Assembly: GCA_036172245.1 (NCBI GenBank)
Contig: JAYWIR010000008.1
Span: 3,844,001-3,908,000 of the forward strand
Direction: 5' to 3'
Origin: Raillietiella orientalis
Taxonomy: Eukaryota
Length of the DNA: 64,000 nucleotides
Part shown: piece after piece, positions 51,801 to 64,000 of the stretch
Numbering within the stretch: the first letter of the stretch is position 1
How the letters are laid out: each line of letters starts with the position of its first letter
Program-made: the position numbers and the translations under genes
The notes under the pieces: model-generated
Seen by the model: only the letters and a program-made list of their open reading frames with translations
Database searches by the model: none
What the model was told of the DNA's origin: nothing

Positions 51801-52121
51801 TTCCAGGTGGATTCCCGTGCTCAGGACGACCGAAGCGGAAAGAAAAAAAAAAAGATCTCCGCGCATTCGGATGCTGGGCCTTTATTTTGTTGTTGTTGTT
51901 GTTGTTGTCGCCTTTCTCCTCCCTTCTCGGACGCGTTCCTTTCGAAGGCGAAGCTGCAGAGGAGACCCCACGTGCAAACTCATTGCGTAAGGTGAAGAGG
52001 AGCGATGCAGAGGAGTTGCTGTGGAGGCGCGATGAGGCGTGCGCTCCGATCCTTAATTGAAATTGGAGTCGAGCCGGTGAAAACACTTCGTGTTCGAGAA
52101 CAGTCTTCAGACAGACAGCAC

Positions 52122-52184
52122 CTTTCTTTTCTTTCGTTCTCTCTCTCTCTCTCTCTCTGTCTCCTCCTCCCCTTCTTTCTCCAG
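52122..52184 (+). other. (CT)n / polypyrimidine tract ending in CCAG, a possible splice acceptor
   Basis: About 60 nt of near-pure pyrimidines followed by 'ttctttctccag'. The downstream sequence has no recognisable coding homology. Confidence 0.3.
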
Positions 52185-55100
52185 AGCTCTCCGATGACCG
52201 TCGGCGCGCGATGACTGCTGATGACTTCTCAGTTCGGGATTTCGCCTTCGACGGCGAGCCGGCCGCGGGCGAATCTGCTTGCATCGGTTGCGTGGCGCGG
52301 AGAGTCATCAAGGCGGTGCCGGGGCCTCCAGATGACCTCTGAGACCACGAAGGGAAGCCTTAGCAACCGTTCTTGGCGGACGACTTCCAGCGGGACGACA
52401 CGGGGATGGGGGAGAGTAGGCAACTCGGGATTCGGATTCCCGTTCCTGTTGGTGGAGTGGGTGGAGTCGTCGTCCACAGCTGCCACCCTTTGCCGTGCCG
52501 CGTCCAGTTCGCCCCGGGAAAGGGAGAAGGTGGTGTGGACGGGAGCTCCCGAAGGCTTTCTTGCATGGGCGTCGGATGCTGGAGGAGTCCCGGAGCCGCC
52601 TTTGCCGAAGGTGCCTCCGACGCCTTCACGGGAGCTGCGGGATTCCTCCGCAGAAGAAAAAGAAGAGACGGTTCGACCACTCCCTCTCGAGAAAAAGAAG
52701 TTCTTCCTCGACCTCTGTCCCCGCCCAGCCCACAGGCAATCTTCCCCCCACCCCTCTCTCCCCCTTCTCCCGGTTTGCTGGTGGGACGGGGAGGTACAGC
52801 GTCCTCTTCCTCCGCGCTCGCCCGTGGGACGCCTCGGACACGGGCGAAGGGGAGCGCCGCTATCGGAGGTGGTCAGGAAATGCCCACCTCTCGGAGGGGA
52901 AACCGGCGACACGAGTCGTCCTGGTATTGTTGGCGCCTGCCGCCCATCCCTCAACAGGGTAGTGGGACGGGGGGATCGGCTGGAGGAGACGGCGCCACCG
53001 GGGCCGCGTCCCGTAGGCCGAAACTCCGTGCTCCTTCGCCAGATCGGCAGCTTCCCGCAAGGGGACTCACGGAGGGCGGCGGAGAGTGCGCCGGTCGCGG
53101 TCCAGAGATGCTCTTCCTCCGCTGTCGTCAGGGTGGAGTCGGCGCTTCCAGGAACTGGAGGGAGGGGAGAGGGGGGCGCGGTGGGGGGAAGCTGAAGCGA
53201 CTCTGGTGGCCTCCGGCACTTCTCCCTCGAAAGCGCTTGCCGGCACGGGGGAGATTCCGCGGGGAGACCCCTTGAGTGCGCGCGCGCGTCGCCATGGTGA
53301 ATTCGCGGCCACCCGCTGCGTGTTCGTGGACTACCCCGGACGCACCCGAATTTCCCTTCCCCGACGCGGATGGCACCCCCAAGGGTCTCCGAATGGGGAG
53401 GGACGGACCGCACTTCGCCGTGCCCCTCCCTTCCCCCCCATCAGGAGCTTCCCGTTTTGGTCGACCTGAAGCCCTCCCGCAGCTGACCCCAGGCCGTCGT
53501 TGGCCCCAAAAGAGAAAGGGGGAAGGAAAGAACAAGAAGCGGGCGCGGCTCTCCTTCCTCCTTCCTCCCACCCAAGGATTTTCTTCGAGTGAGTCCATCC
53601 GCCCGCCCTCTGCCGGCAGCATTTCCCTCCCCCCCCCCCGCCTCTTCCGCGTCCGGTCTTCCCGTTGCTCCTTTCGCCGCCGCCGCCGCCGCCGCTCCTC
53701 CTCGCGACCGAGTCTTTCGCGCCGGCAGGGTCAACGACCCCGGGAAATTCCGATTCGTCCGGTCGCACGCGCCCTCTTTCTCCCAGCATCACCTCGCTTT
53801 CCCTTCCTACGCGCCCCACGAGCGCGCCTGGAGGAGGAGGAGGAGGAAGACGTCCTCTGCCCCCGTCACCAGGCAACCAGGGAGGGGAAGGGAAGCGGGA
53901 ACATTACCGGGTCCACCCCCCCCCCCCTTCCCCCGTATGCGCGCGCGCGCCTTCGCGAGGTGCCAATCGAGCGACAGGGTGGCTCCCGGAGTGGAGGGTG
54001 TCCGGGTCCTCGGCGACCAGGAACGGAGGCCGCAGGCAATCCAGGGGTTTCTCTCGCCCTCGCCCAGTGCGTGCAGCGCCCCCTCCCTCTCCTTCCGAAA
54101 GACCTCCTCCCCCTCCCGAGGGCAGCTTCCGCGCAACCTTCTCCAGCCTGGACGGGGTCATCCCCGCGGCCCAGCTCGGAACGGCTACTTGACCCCGGGT
54201 GGGGAGGGTGGCCACGAAAAGAGCCTCCTCCCGCGCGGCGTTACCGCGGCGCCTGCGCCGTGACGGGTCGAGAGGGAGGGAAGGAGGGAGGGGAGAGAAA
54301 AGGCAACCGCGGCGGGGGACGTCCGTCGGGCCTACGGCCCCGTTTCCAGCGACTCGCGTGACCACGGGAGAGACCTTGAAGGCCTCACAAGCCCGCCACG
54401 TTCATCTTGCATTTGCGGCCGGCATCTCAGCAGAGCTCATCCGCATCCGGTGTCACGCGTGGCAGTCTGGGAGACCGGGCGCGTGCATGCGAGATCCACC
54501 ACCAGGGATGAAATCGAAACGGAAAGTGACGGGATGCACACCACGTGCTCGAGAACGCGAGACACGGAAACAGATCTGGGAAGCAAGGGGGAAAAGGGGG
54601 GGGGAGGGGAGGGTGAAGAAAAAAAAAAAAAGGGATGAAATGAGATGACGGACAGCTGTGGAGTCGGCGATCAAGGGGGAAGGGAGCGCTCGCTTCGGGC
54701 AAAGCGTGTGTGTATGCGTGCGGGGGGGCAGAGGGGGTCGGACCTCCGGTTCTGATTGGACACCGAGTTCCCGAGGCCCACCGGCTCTTGCACGCGCATG
54801 CTTTTGGGTCGCACGCGAGTGCTCTTCCGCTGCCTCCGCCTTGAGCGGATGATGACGATGCACCCAGGCGCTCAGGCTCACGAAGGGACCAGCAGACACG
54901 GGCAATCTGCAGCGGGACCCTCTGCCCTGTCTTCTTTTTTTATCCTCCGCCTCCTTCGTAGACGTAGACGACGTCTTCGGCACCTCCGTCCGCATCAGCA
55001 TCGGATCGATCGTGCGGATGAGGAGGTGGGAGGGATGCTGCACCCAGTCTCGACCGATCCGTGCACCACGTGCGTGCTCCACGCCTTTGCTTGGCGACCC

Positions 55101-58100
55101 TTTCCCCGTCGTCCGCACAAACTCGACCACACCGTAATCTTCCTTGGGATCAAAGCGCTTCCCCTTCCACCCTCTTCCCGTCCACGCTCTGTCCACCGCC
55201 CATTTTTATTAAGGTTCTTGTCGCACTCCAATTTGATTTGCCAGCGTGCTCGCCGCTACACCTCGGTGCTCGAACAAACAGCACGTGAGAGTCGAAATGG
55301 AACACCGCGACGATCATCCCTGCCTCCGCTTCTCGCCGTGCGCTTCGGCAGAGAGAGTTTTCGCCCCCGTTCTTTTCATCTGGTACTGCATCTTGATGTA
55401 TCTTCATTTCGCAGGGAACCGAGTGCTGTGCGAATTTCGCTCCAGAAGTATAAAAAGAAGAAGAAAACGTCTTCTCGGTGATTCGTGCGGTCGAAATAAT
55501 CTGTTGGTTTCATTAAGCATCGAATTCGTAAACTCATTTTAGCCCTCGCCTGTCGCTTGGTTGTCTCTGATGAGCTCTCCAAACAAAGAAGAAAACAAAC
55601 CGCTGAAACTGCACGAGAAAAAGAAGAATTGTTAACATTGAACGTTCTTGAGTAATCCGGTTTCAGTGTACATACAAGATAACCAAACAATCTTCTCGAA
55701 TTCTACAGATTCACTACCAATCACGTTGCAAGGACATCCTTTCTTAAGATTTATTTTTTTTTTTTCCTACACTTAATTAGAGCCACTCATTAATTATTTT
55801 AATTTTTATCGAGTTGGTAGTGCTCGAACGTACCAGGTGTTTTCAAAACTTTCAAGCAGTGTATTAGCAAATACCGAATTGCATTGTCCCTCAAATTTCA
55901 AAAACACACCTCAGTCAAAAAGCTGCAACGATGGTTCTTAATAGTTCTGGGCATGATGAAGTGAACGTAGTTCGTCTAGAAAATCAATAAAATCCCTTAG
56001 AGATGACTGGAACCAAATTGACAGTTGCTATGCCCAAGTAAGCCACTTTTTTTCACAACAGTGACCAAGAGCAACATATTCTCAGAAGGATGCATTCATG
56101 TTCGGCTCGCTTTCAGTTTTTGACAGAAAACTGAAAGCAACTGTCGATGTAGTAACTCCAAACTGATCTCAGGCTAAGCAGTCTTCAACTTGTGCACTAA
56201 AAAGAGACTTTAGAGGAGCATAATTTGAGAATAAATGGTCCATATATGATGAATGCAGGTATGTCATGGGTGAAAATTACCAAGTGCTGTTTTCGTTCCT
56301 TTCGTGAATATCGGAAATTGCCGATCGATGAGGTGACTGGCAATCCTACCGTCAATTTTTGTCTTTTCTTGGTCAAGCTTTCTGATTATGGGTCTGCATC
56401 CATTTATAGGGACAGTGTGCAGTTTATAAAAAAAAAAAAAAAGGTTGTAGAAAATTCCAGAAGTGCGGAATTTTTCGAACTTTGTATCCTGAGAACGTTT
56501 TCGTGGGCAACTGAAAAGTTTCCTGACGACAACAGCTAAGATACGACAAAACTGCTTCCCATTTCCTTAGTTATTGAAATAGAAACAAGTTAAAGGTTTA
56601 AGGGTCTCTATGCGACAGGTTCAAGCATCCCTGTGTGAATTAAACTATGTGCATTTTTTGTTTTTGTTTTTTGTCCACTTTGTAAAACAGTCCATGATAT
56701 TTCTAGTTTTTCGTGTTTTATTGTAAGGGCGGCGGCACGTACAACTTTGTAATTCACGTCTATCCTGGGAAGCAGTGGTTTCAGAAATACTGTACAGTGG
56801 ATAATCCTGCATGCCATTCATGGGTTGGATTCGTGAAACTCACCGATTGTACATGTGGACAGCAAGCTGTGGGGACACTTTGGTGTCCATTGATGGGTTG
56901 CCATTCATTAAGCAAAAACCACAATCGTTTTTACGTCCAAAGCTGTTTGTTTGAAGTGTGGCTGCTGCTGCCACACCAGGGAACTCCTTTGCATCGAAAG
57001 TCCTACGTTTCATGTTTCTTGCTCTGATTTCAGATATTTTACATATGTCACGTTGATGCTGTGATGGGATTTTTTTTTTTTTTTTTTTAGGGGGGGGGGG
57101 GAGGGAAGATCCGTGAAAAATCAAATTCTGTAAACTGCATTTCTTGCTGGCTTTTTCTAAACCTCACAGCAGCTTCCCGTAAGGTTTTCGAATTTAGTGG
57201 TTGTCGCCGCTCCGGTAAATGGCATCTTTTTTTATTTTTTTAATTATTAAAAAAAAAAATGCAATACTGATGTTTGGCAATATAATCGTGCAATTATCAA
57301 TTTTTATGTGCAAGGCAGAGAAAACAGTAATGCACTCGTGGGATATATAATCAAAGGTATATTCACGCGGAGCTGACTTCAACATCCCTTACATATATAT
57401 ACACACATGTACGTATGCGTACATACGTATATTTTATATATATACATGCACATGGAAGTAAAGGTAAGGATAAAATGTGTTAATAACATTTAGGCTATAG
57501 ATTTTTCGCCGAGAAAAAAAAAAAAAATCAATGAGCGCTTGAAGATATTATTTTAGCAGATTATGATATTTTTCGGTGGGCCGTGGGGAAAATTCCGAAT
57601 CTAAATTAGTGTGTCCCTCGTTTGTGTGTCCGTTTAGCTTCTGCGAATATTAGAGGACTTAATAAAAGTGTTGCATTATTTTTTTCTGTGAATGCGTATT
57701 TCCGCACACCCTATTTTTGGGCGAATTTCGTTTCCTAGTTAGTTTTGTGATGGCGGAATGAGCGGTGAGGTTGATGGGCTCTTATCGGTAACAGAAATAA
57801 TTGCAGGCCGAGTTCAAAACCAAAGCTCATACTTTTGGATGCATAAAAGTTTTTTTTGCCTGCCTTTGGCTAGTGAAAGTAAATGATGAAACTATATTAT
57901 AGTTGATGCAAATTGTGGCATGCGAATCATGCGCATGTAAGTGTGGTTTTCCTGTACTCGTCATGGGTGTAGTTGTAAGGCATCGCAGATGTAGGAATTT
58001 TTCGTATGTACTGATTATTGGTGTGCCTTAAAGAATTAAGGTATTTAAATTATGTATGATGTGTACAACCGCAGCAGTGTTTCAAATGCTTTATCTGATT

Positions 58101-58165
58101 GTATTTGTTCTAGAAAATGAACCTGTTAAGCTAAAATTATCTGCAGTTAAGATTAAGGCGGCAAT

Positions 58166-58199
58166 CTAATTACGTAGGGTGTGAAATGTTCTTCTCCAG
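58166..58199 (+). promoter_or_regulatory. Probable 3' splice site of a 5'-UTR intron of the 14-3-3 gene
   Basis: A branch-point-like CTAAT at 58166 and the acceptor 'gttcttctccag' ending at 58199, 186 nt upstream of the ATG. This implies an upstream non-coding exon that I could not locate. Confidence 0.4.
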
Positions 58200-58385
58200 A
58201 TATTTCATCGTTCTGAAGTGCCTAAGGATGTGTCAGTTGGAGAAGTGTTTGAGTTGTTTGCAATTTGGGGAACGATTATCCGTGAAGTCATTACGATTTT
58301 GCCATGGTTAATCTGTTTGTTTCATTTAATTAGATTGTTAAAGAAATTAATTATTTGTGATCAAATAAGCAATCCAGAGATCAAA

Positions 58386-59309
58386 ATGGTTGAAAAGGAT
58401 GAGATTGTTCAGCGAGCAAAGCTTGCCGAACAAGCAGAAAGATATGATGACATGGCCTTATCGATGAAAGAAGTTACGGAAACAGGCGTTGAATTGACAA
58501 ATGAGGAACGGAACCTGTTATCTGTTGCCTTTAAAAATGTTGTGGGTGCTAGAAGGAGTGCTTGGCGAGTCATTTCAAGTATAGAGCAAAAGACTGAAGG
58601 CAGCGAGAAGAAACAGCAAATGGCAAAGAAATACAGGGAGAAGGTGGAGGGAGAATTACGAGAGATATGCTTTGATGTTTTGGTATGCTTTTCACTCTTC
58701 TTGTTATCCTAGTTTCTAATTTATCGCAGGGTTTACTTGATAAATATTTAATACCCAAAGCCAGCAATGCTGAGAGCAAAGTGTTTTATCTGAAAATGAA
58801 AGGAGATTATTATAGGTACTTGGCCGAAGTGGCAACTGGTGAAAGTCGAAACGGTAAATGCATAAAAAGTTGTTTGCTGCCATGTGCTGAATCCTTTGAA
58901 TGTCATGAATTGTAGGAGTTGTTGAAGATTCTCAGAATGCATATCAGGAAGCATTTGATATTTCCAATTCCAAGATGCAGCCTACACATCCTATTAGGCT
59001 TGGATTGGCACTTAATTTTTCAGTTTTCTACTACGAAATTTTAAATTCTCCCGATAAAGCTTGTCATCTTGCAAAACAGGTCAGTGCACCATTAAGTGGC
59101 AGTGGGAACTGCATGTGCATACTATTTTACGAATTGTACAATACGTTCACTTTTAGGCATTTGATGATGCAATAGCTGAATTAGATACATTAAATGAGGA
59201 TAGTTACAAAGATTCAACTCTAATTATGCAGCTTCTTCGGGACAACTTGACACTCTGGACATCTGATGCACAGGCAGACGATGAACAACAAGAAGGGGGA
59301 GATAATTAG
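58386..59309 (+). CDS. 14-3-3zeta: 14-3-3 protein, zeta-like. Coding exons 58386-58682, 58730-58853, 58916-59079, 59157-59309 (738 nt, 245 aa)
   Basis: Spliced translation: [24 protein letters not shown]...[30 protein letters not shown]...[152 protein letters not shown]. All three introns are GT..AG (58683-58729, 58854-58915, 59080-59156) and preserve the frame. The 'TETGVEL' segment and the C-terminal 'QEGGDN' resemble arthropod zeta isoforms. Confidence 0.97.
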
Positions 59310-59338
59310 TTGTTATATTCGGTTGTATCACTCCCACA

Positions 59339-59681
59339 AATAAAAACTCAATATCAAATACCATAATCATTGCCAACAATGTTGGCAGACAGTGCATCAC
59401 AGTCCTTTACCCAACGGAACTGCTGTTTTTGTATACCTTGGTTGGCTTATGCAATCTTAGACATCTGTGCTGTGCTGCAGGGGAGTTTCCTACTTTTGTG
59501 TAGCCAAACAAAATGCCCTATTATGCCTGTTTGTCAATGTTTCGTACTTGTATTATCCCAATGCCTTGTGATTGCATCTTTAGAGCTGCTCTGCTAGGAT
59601 AACATGTTGCAGTCAGCTGGAAATTCATAGTTTTTGTCATTGTTTGTTGTATGGCCTTAAAGAAGGATTTCTAGAAATAAA
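59339..59681 (+). terminator. Candidate polyadenylation signals of the 14-3-3 gene
   Basis: AATAAA at 59339-59344 and 59676-59681 (more near 60025 and 60049) in a T-rich region after the stop codon. Which one is used cannot be determined from sequence. Confidence 0.35.
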
Positions 59682-62600
59682 CACACTACCACTGCAGTAG
59701 ATTATTGATGGGAATTAGAACATTTTTTGCAGAAATTCAAAACTAATGAGGGGATTCACAATATAGCACTGAGTTTTAAACATGCAAGCCAAAATTTACG
59801 GTAAATACAAAGTTTTTGTAACTTGAATTTGAAGTGCAAGCACTTTACAGCTACATTTCTATGTTAACTTTGGTGTAAAACTGCTTTTGTATTAGCATAA
59901 GTCAGATGCAGCATTAGTGGCTTAGTTCATTTCATGCATATTGTACATGTTTCCAGTAGATAAATTAAGAGTATACTAACCTTGTTCGAGTGTTTACATG
60001 AGCTAATTTTCTTTTTAAACATGGAATAAAAATTTACAATCTTCTGAATAATAAATTGCTCATGTAAGTGATTGTACGTATTTTTTCCTTGTAGTATGTA
60101 ATTTGGGTGTCTAAAGATTTCAAGTAAAGTGCTGTGTTTGTAACAGAGTATTCCTGTGGTCCATTTTTTGTTTAAAGCAGTCAGAGGTGTCTGACTCGAT
60201 TGGGAAGAAGTTTGGTATTGTGCAGCACAAAGATTCTCCAAGTCTTAGAGAACCTATTCAAGTGTATTCAGCATGCAAAGTGCCATAAATGGACAAATGC
60301 ATTTATAATCCTAAGTTACCTTAGATTTTCCTTTCTATTTTACTGCAATGTGCAACTTTTTGTATATTATAATTATACGATTTCCTATGTGACATAAATT
60401 TCTGCACAGAGCAGCTTTGTAGCTGTTTACTGAATGTTCAGAAAGTAGTCATGGTTATCCTTGTTCAGATAATTAACTGACTGTGGCCACACATATTTTG
60501 AAGGTAAACAGTTTATTGGAATGTTTTTGTAATTTGTTTGGAGAATAATTTCATTTCCAGAGTAAGATTAGATTGGATTGATAAACTGGTTTCGTCTCTG
60601 ACCATTAGCGTGGATTGTTAATGTGATGTTTCCTTGATGGTTTTCAAACTGTCAGATGTTGACAGTTTGGGAATTGAGTAAGCAAATGTACCCATCAGCT
60701 GATAGTAGGATGTTTAAATACATTCAGGTGCTGAAGTCAATGGTTCCTAAATTCCATCCATGTGTTAGGTTGTTGACATTTAAGATTTCCTGATCTTTAG
60801 TTCAGTGTTTCAACATAGCATGTAGAAATCAGCAGAAGTTCAATTTCCAATAATGAAGATTACAGAAACACTGGATCAGTCAGTCGGACATGATGACATG
60901 ATGACACCACTGAGTCATGGTAAAGCATGTGAAAAAAAAAAAAAAAAAAAAAAAATGACGAAAAACGATTTTAAGTAAGTTAAAGTGATGATTAAGCAAA
61001 AGACCGAAACCTGAATGCTTTTTCCTTTTAAATCCATGTGTAGCATGTGATTGGAAAAGCGAAATGTTTCGAAGAAATGTCCTGTGATCGAAGTGCATCA
61101 CCGCATGGTGATAGAAGTTCAAAATACGAAATTTTTATCAAAGGATTTAGGCAAAGATGAAGAAACTTTGGTGGTGTTGGCATTGTCAGTTGGCAACACC
61201 TTCGCATGCTTCCCAACAAGCCTTTTCGCAGGTTCATTGATTTGCAAAAGTCCTAAAAAAAAGGAATGAAAGTTATTGACAGAGGGGGAGGGGGGCCACG
61301 TTGCCGATCCCACCACATGTACACGTTTGCATGAATAATGAAATGCAGCAGCACTGCGAGGTAGGAGTAGCAAATCCGTGCCCGTGACACGCCTTGAGCG
61401 TCGAAATTGTAATACATTTATGCGTAATGCGAATGGTGTGGCGGTTGTTCCCAGGAATCCTTTTCACGGGCGGCAAGAAGAAGATTTGCACTGCAGCAGC
61501 TTTTCCTTCCCGAATCCTTTCGGTGGGTGCACACCTGGGAAACATTCCTCCCCCCCCCCGTGCGAATTTCGAGCTCCTTCCAGTGGCTCTTTCGAAGAAG
61601 CTTTGGTGATCACAGAGCTACGAAAAGTGAAAGCTGTTGCATAATAAGCAAGGTGGACGTTGTAACCAACTCTTCCCGGCCACAATCACTTCACATACGT
61701 ACAGAAAAGAGAAATAAGTGTTGGCTTGCCTTCGAGAGCAGCCGTTTCCATCATAAAAACTGAGCAGATTTTACTTTTTGCACATGGTAGAGACCACAGC
61801 GCCCAGAACTTGGGTGGGAAAGGTCCTCTTTTATTTCTTTCACATCTTCGTTTTTTTTTTTTTTTTCTACCAGATCTACTCTTTGCTTGTATATCCTTAG
61901 GAGATTACGGGCTTTGGTGTCCCGAATCCGTTACTGGAATGTACTGTGCACGGTAAACATTGCACAGTTAAACGTTTTTGTTTTTCTGTTTACTGGGAAG
62001 TGCGGCTACGAGTAATGGAATTGAATGGTCGAACAGAAAGGCAGACAGCACGAGGTCGGTTCGGTGGGGTGCGACAGCATAATTCCCATCCTCCGAGTCG
62101 AACGAAAGCTGTGGAGTAAGAAGGTGAACAAGCACAGAACGAAAGATGGGCCCTGAAGGGAGTTTGAAAGATTTGTCTCCAACTCTCCCTCATTTAGAAG
62201 CGAGAATAAAAAGCGAAACAAATTCAATTTCAATACTGGCAACAGCGGAGGAATTTGTTTCGAGTTTCACATCTTTCAGAGCCACACTCTTCTACCTGGA
62301 ACAAACTCTGGGGTAATTGAAGCAAACAAACTATAAACTGTACATAACAAAAGTTCAAACCTAAAAGTAGAAGACGTTATTGCACAAACTGCTTCTTGGA
62401 TAGCTTGTCTACATATGAAAATCCCTAAACTTAAAAAGTGCGTGATTAAGGAGATTTAGGATCTTTAGAAAACATAAGTATGCAGTAATCATTGCATTTA
62501 TGATTGTTGCACAGAAAAAAAAAACGAGAGGACTTATAGCTACGAGTAGTTGAGGCTACAAATTTTCCGAATGGATAAACACGGGTAAGATGCAGGAATT

Positions 62601-64000
62601 TGGTATTTCATGGAGGAACTTTGCATTCGTACGGAAAAGATGCCAAAGTACAGAGAATCCTCCAAATGGAATCGGTCGCCGGGAGAGAAGAGAAATCGAA
62701 AACGACTCTTGGGATCGTCCCGAGAAAGAGAGCGGAAGTGAGGTCAAAGGAACCCGGGTCGCTCGGTTTTGGGTCACGGAAGTGGAAGTGCTGAGGATCC
62801 CTTTGCGGAGGTGCCACGGATGTCAGGTCAGTCAAATGGACTGAACCTCTCTCACAGTTGAAACACCAGATGAAAATCGTTTACACGGGGAAAGAAGTGA
62901 TGGTTGCTTTTACAGCAGATTACGCAGAAATGCAGATCACAACCTCCGATAAGTTGAGACCGACTGTGTACTCAATTAATCGTACTTCCTTGATAGGAAA
63001 AAAACGGGACCAGTTTGAATTACATGTTCATAAAGTAAAGCAAAGGGATCCGAGAGCCGTGAAAGTTTTCAAAAACTCTCCCGGCAGTTTCTCACGCTTA
63101 ATCAAGGGAGAAACGTACGTGACAGACTGAAAGAGGGAAGATTCAAGTCGACGGCGGTTTCGAATGCTCCTCACCCTACAGCTCCTTCGCAGGTTTCAGA
63201 AATTTTGCGTGCGCGGAATCGTTCGAGGGGATTCCTTTAGAATTTTATCTGCCAGCAGAGATACGAATGCTATGAATTACCGTTAATTAATTGCCCACGG
63301 GGTGCTGACACGGCTGACGGAAACCGACGGCTCGGAGAACCCACCCCATGGAACGGGAAGCCGGCCGCGTGGTAAACAAGTCGAGTGTGGAGGAAGAAAG
63401 TTCCCGGAGCACACGTGAAGTTACCCTTTTGCAATGCAGTAACCGTTTTTCTCTGCACGAAACGTGGAACTTTGGTTTCTGCTGAGAACTCGAGGCGTGA
63501 GCAATCCAAGCGCCCTCAGGGAAGGTTGTCAAGGTTTGGGACTACCAGAAGGCTCAAATTTTTGTCGGGGAGTTTTGCTTCGAAATGAAGACCGGGAGAC
63601 GATCAGTAATAGATAAGGTTTCAGAAATAAAGAATACTTAACCGAGCCCCGTCAGCTCGGTAATTTTTTCTTCAAGGTTTTCAGATACTCAGCTTTAAAA
63701 GTTCTGGTGTATGCTGCAAAATGAAAGCCCATTAACAAACCTCTGTGTCACAGACGAGCGGCAACTTTATATTTCTGAACAATGGAATGCTTCGACTCAG
63801 ATGTTTAAATTTCGTTGATGGCCAAACAATTACTGTGATGTGTAGTTGCATATATCCAAAAAAATATGAGATTGAAATCAGTTTTGGCCAAAGCACTTTC
63901 GGCAAGGACCAAAGGTTTAATTTACTCGTGCAGCAAATGATTTTAACTGCTGTCTGGAAATTCAACTTTTGATTCCGTGTTTATCCAGCAAACAAGTTTT

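Noticed and set aside
47219..54361. Multiple 300-400 aa ORFs (47219, 48057, 52221, 52229, 53276)
   Set aside because: Overlapping, low-complexity and crossing poly-C/G/A tracts, with no protein family recognised.
58218..58385. 56-aa N-terminal extension of 14-3-3 from a GTG start
   Set aside because: Homology begins at the ATG at 58386 in good context (caaaATGG). The upstream part looks like UTR or intron sequence.
1..64000. CRISPR arrays, prokaryotic operons, rRNA genes, telomeric arrays
   Set aside because: No regularly spaced repeat-spacer structure or such homology was seen. Spliceosomal introns, LINEs and microsatellites indicate animal nuclear DNA.

Overview
This is eukaryotic (most likely arthropod) genomic DNA with a strongly mosaic base composition. 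By eye, ~1-28 kb and ~36.7-55.4 kb are GC/CpG-rich, and ~31-36.6 kb and ~55.4-64 kb are AT-rich. The only confidently recognisable gene is a compact 14-3-3 zeta-type gene with four coding exons (58386-59309, +; 245 aa; introns of 47, 62 and 77 nt). The GC-rich part contains five decayed, 5'-truncated copies of one L1/Tx1-clade non-LTR retrotransposon. I could reconstruct their boundaries from target-site duplications (TSDs). The family has unusual features: it ends in AATAAA plus a CCCGG-N5-CCGGG hairpin instead of a long poly(A) tail, and one copy is flanked by a ~135-bp direct repeat. One copy is nested in antisense inside another copy of the same family. Another copy is nested in a tRNA-headed (Pol III, SINE-like) repeat and may carry a short 5' inversion. 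Also present are a ~650-700 bp GC-rich dispersed repeat in two inverted copies, several fold-back/hairpin elements, microsatellites, and signs of an unannotated spliced minus-strand transcript at ~30-37 kb. Nearly all long ORFs in the supplied track look like artefacts of high GC content. All alignments and identities were made by eye and no database searches were run.
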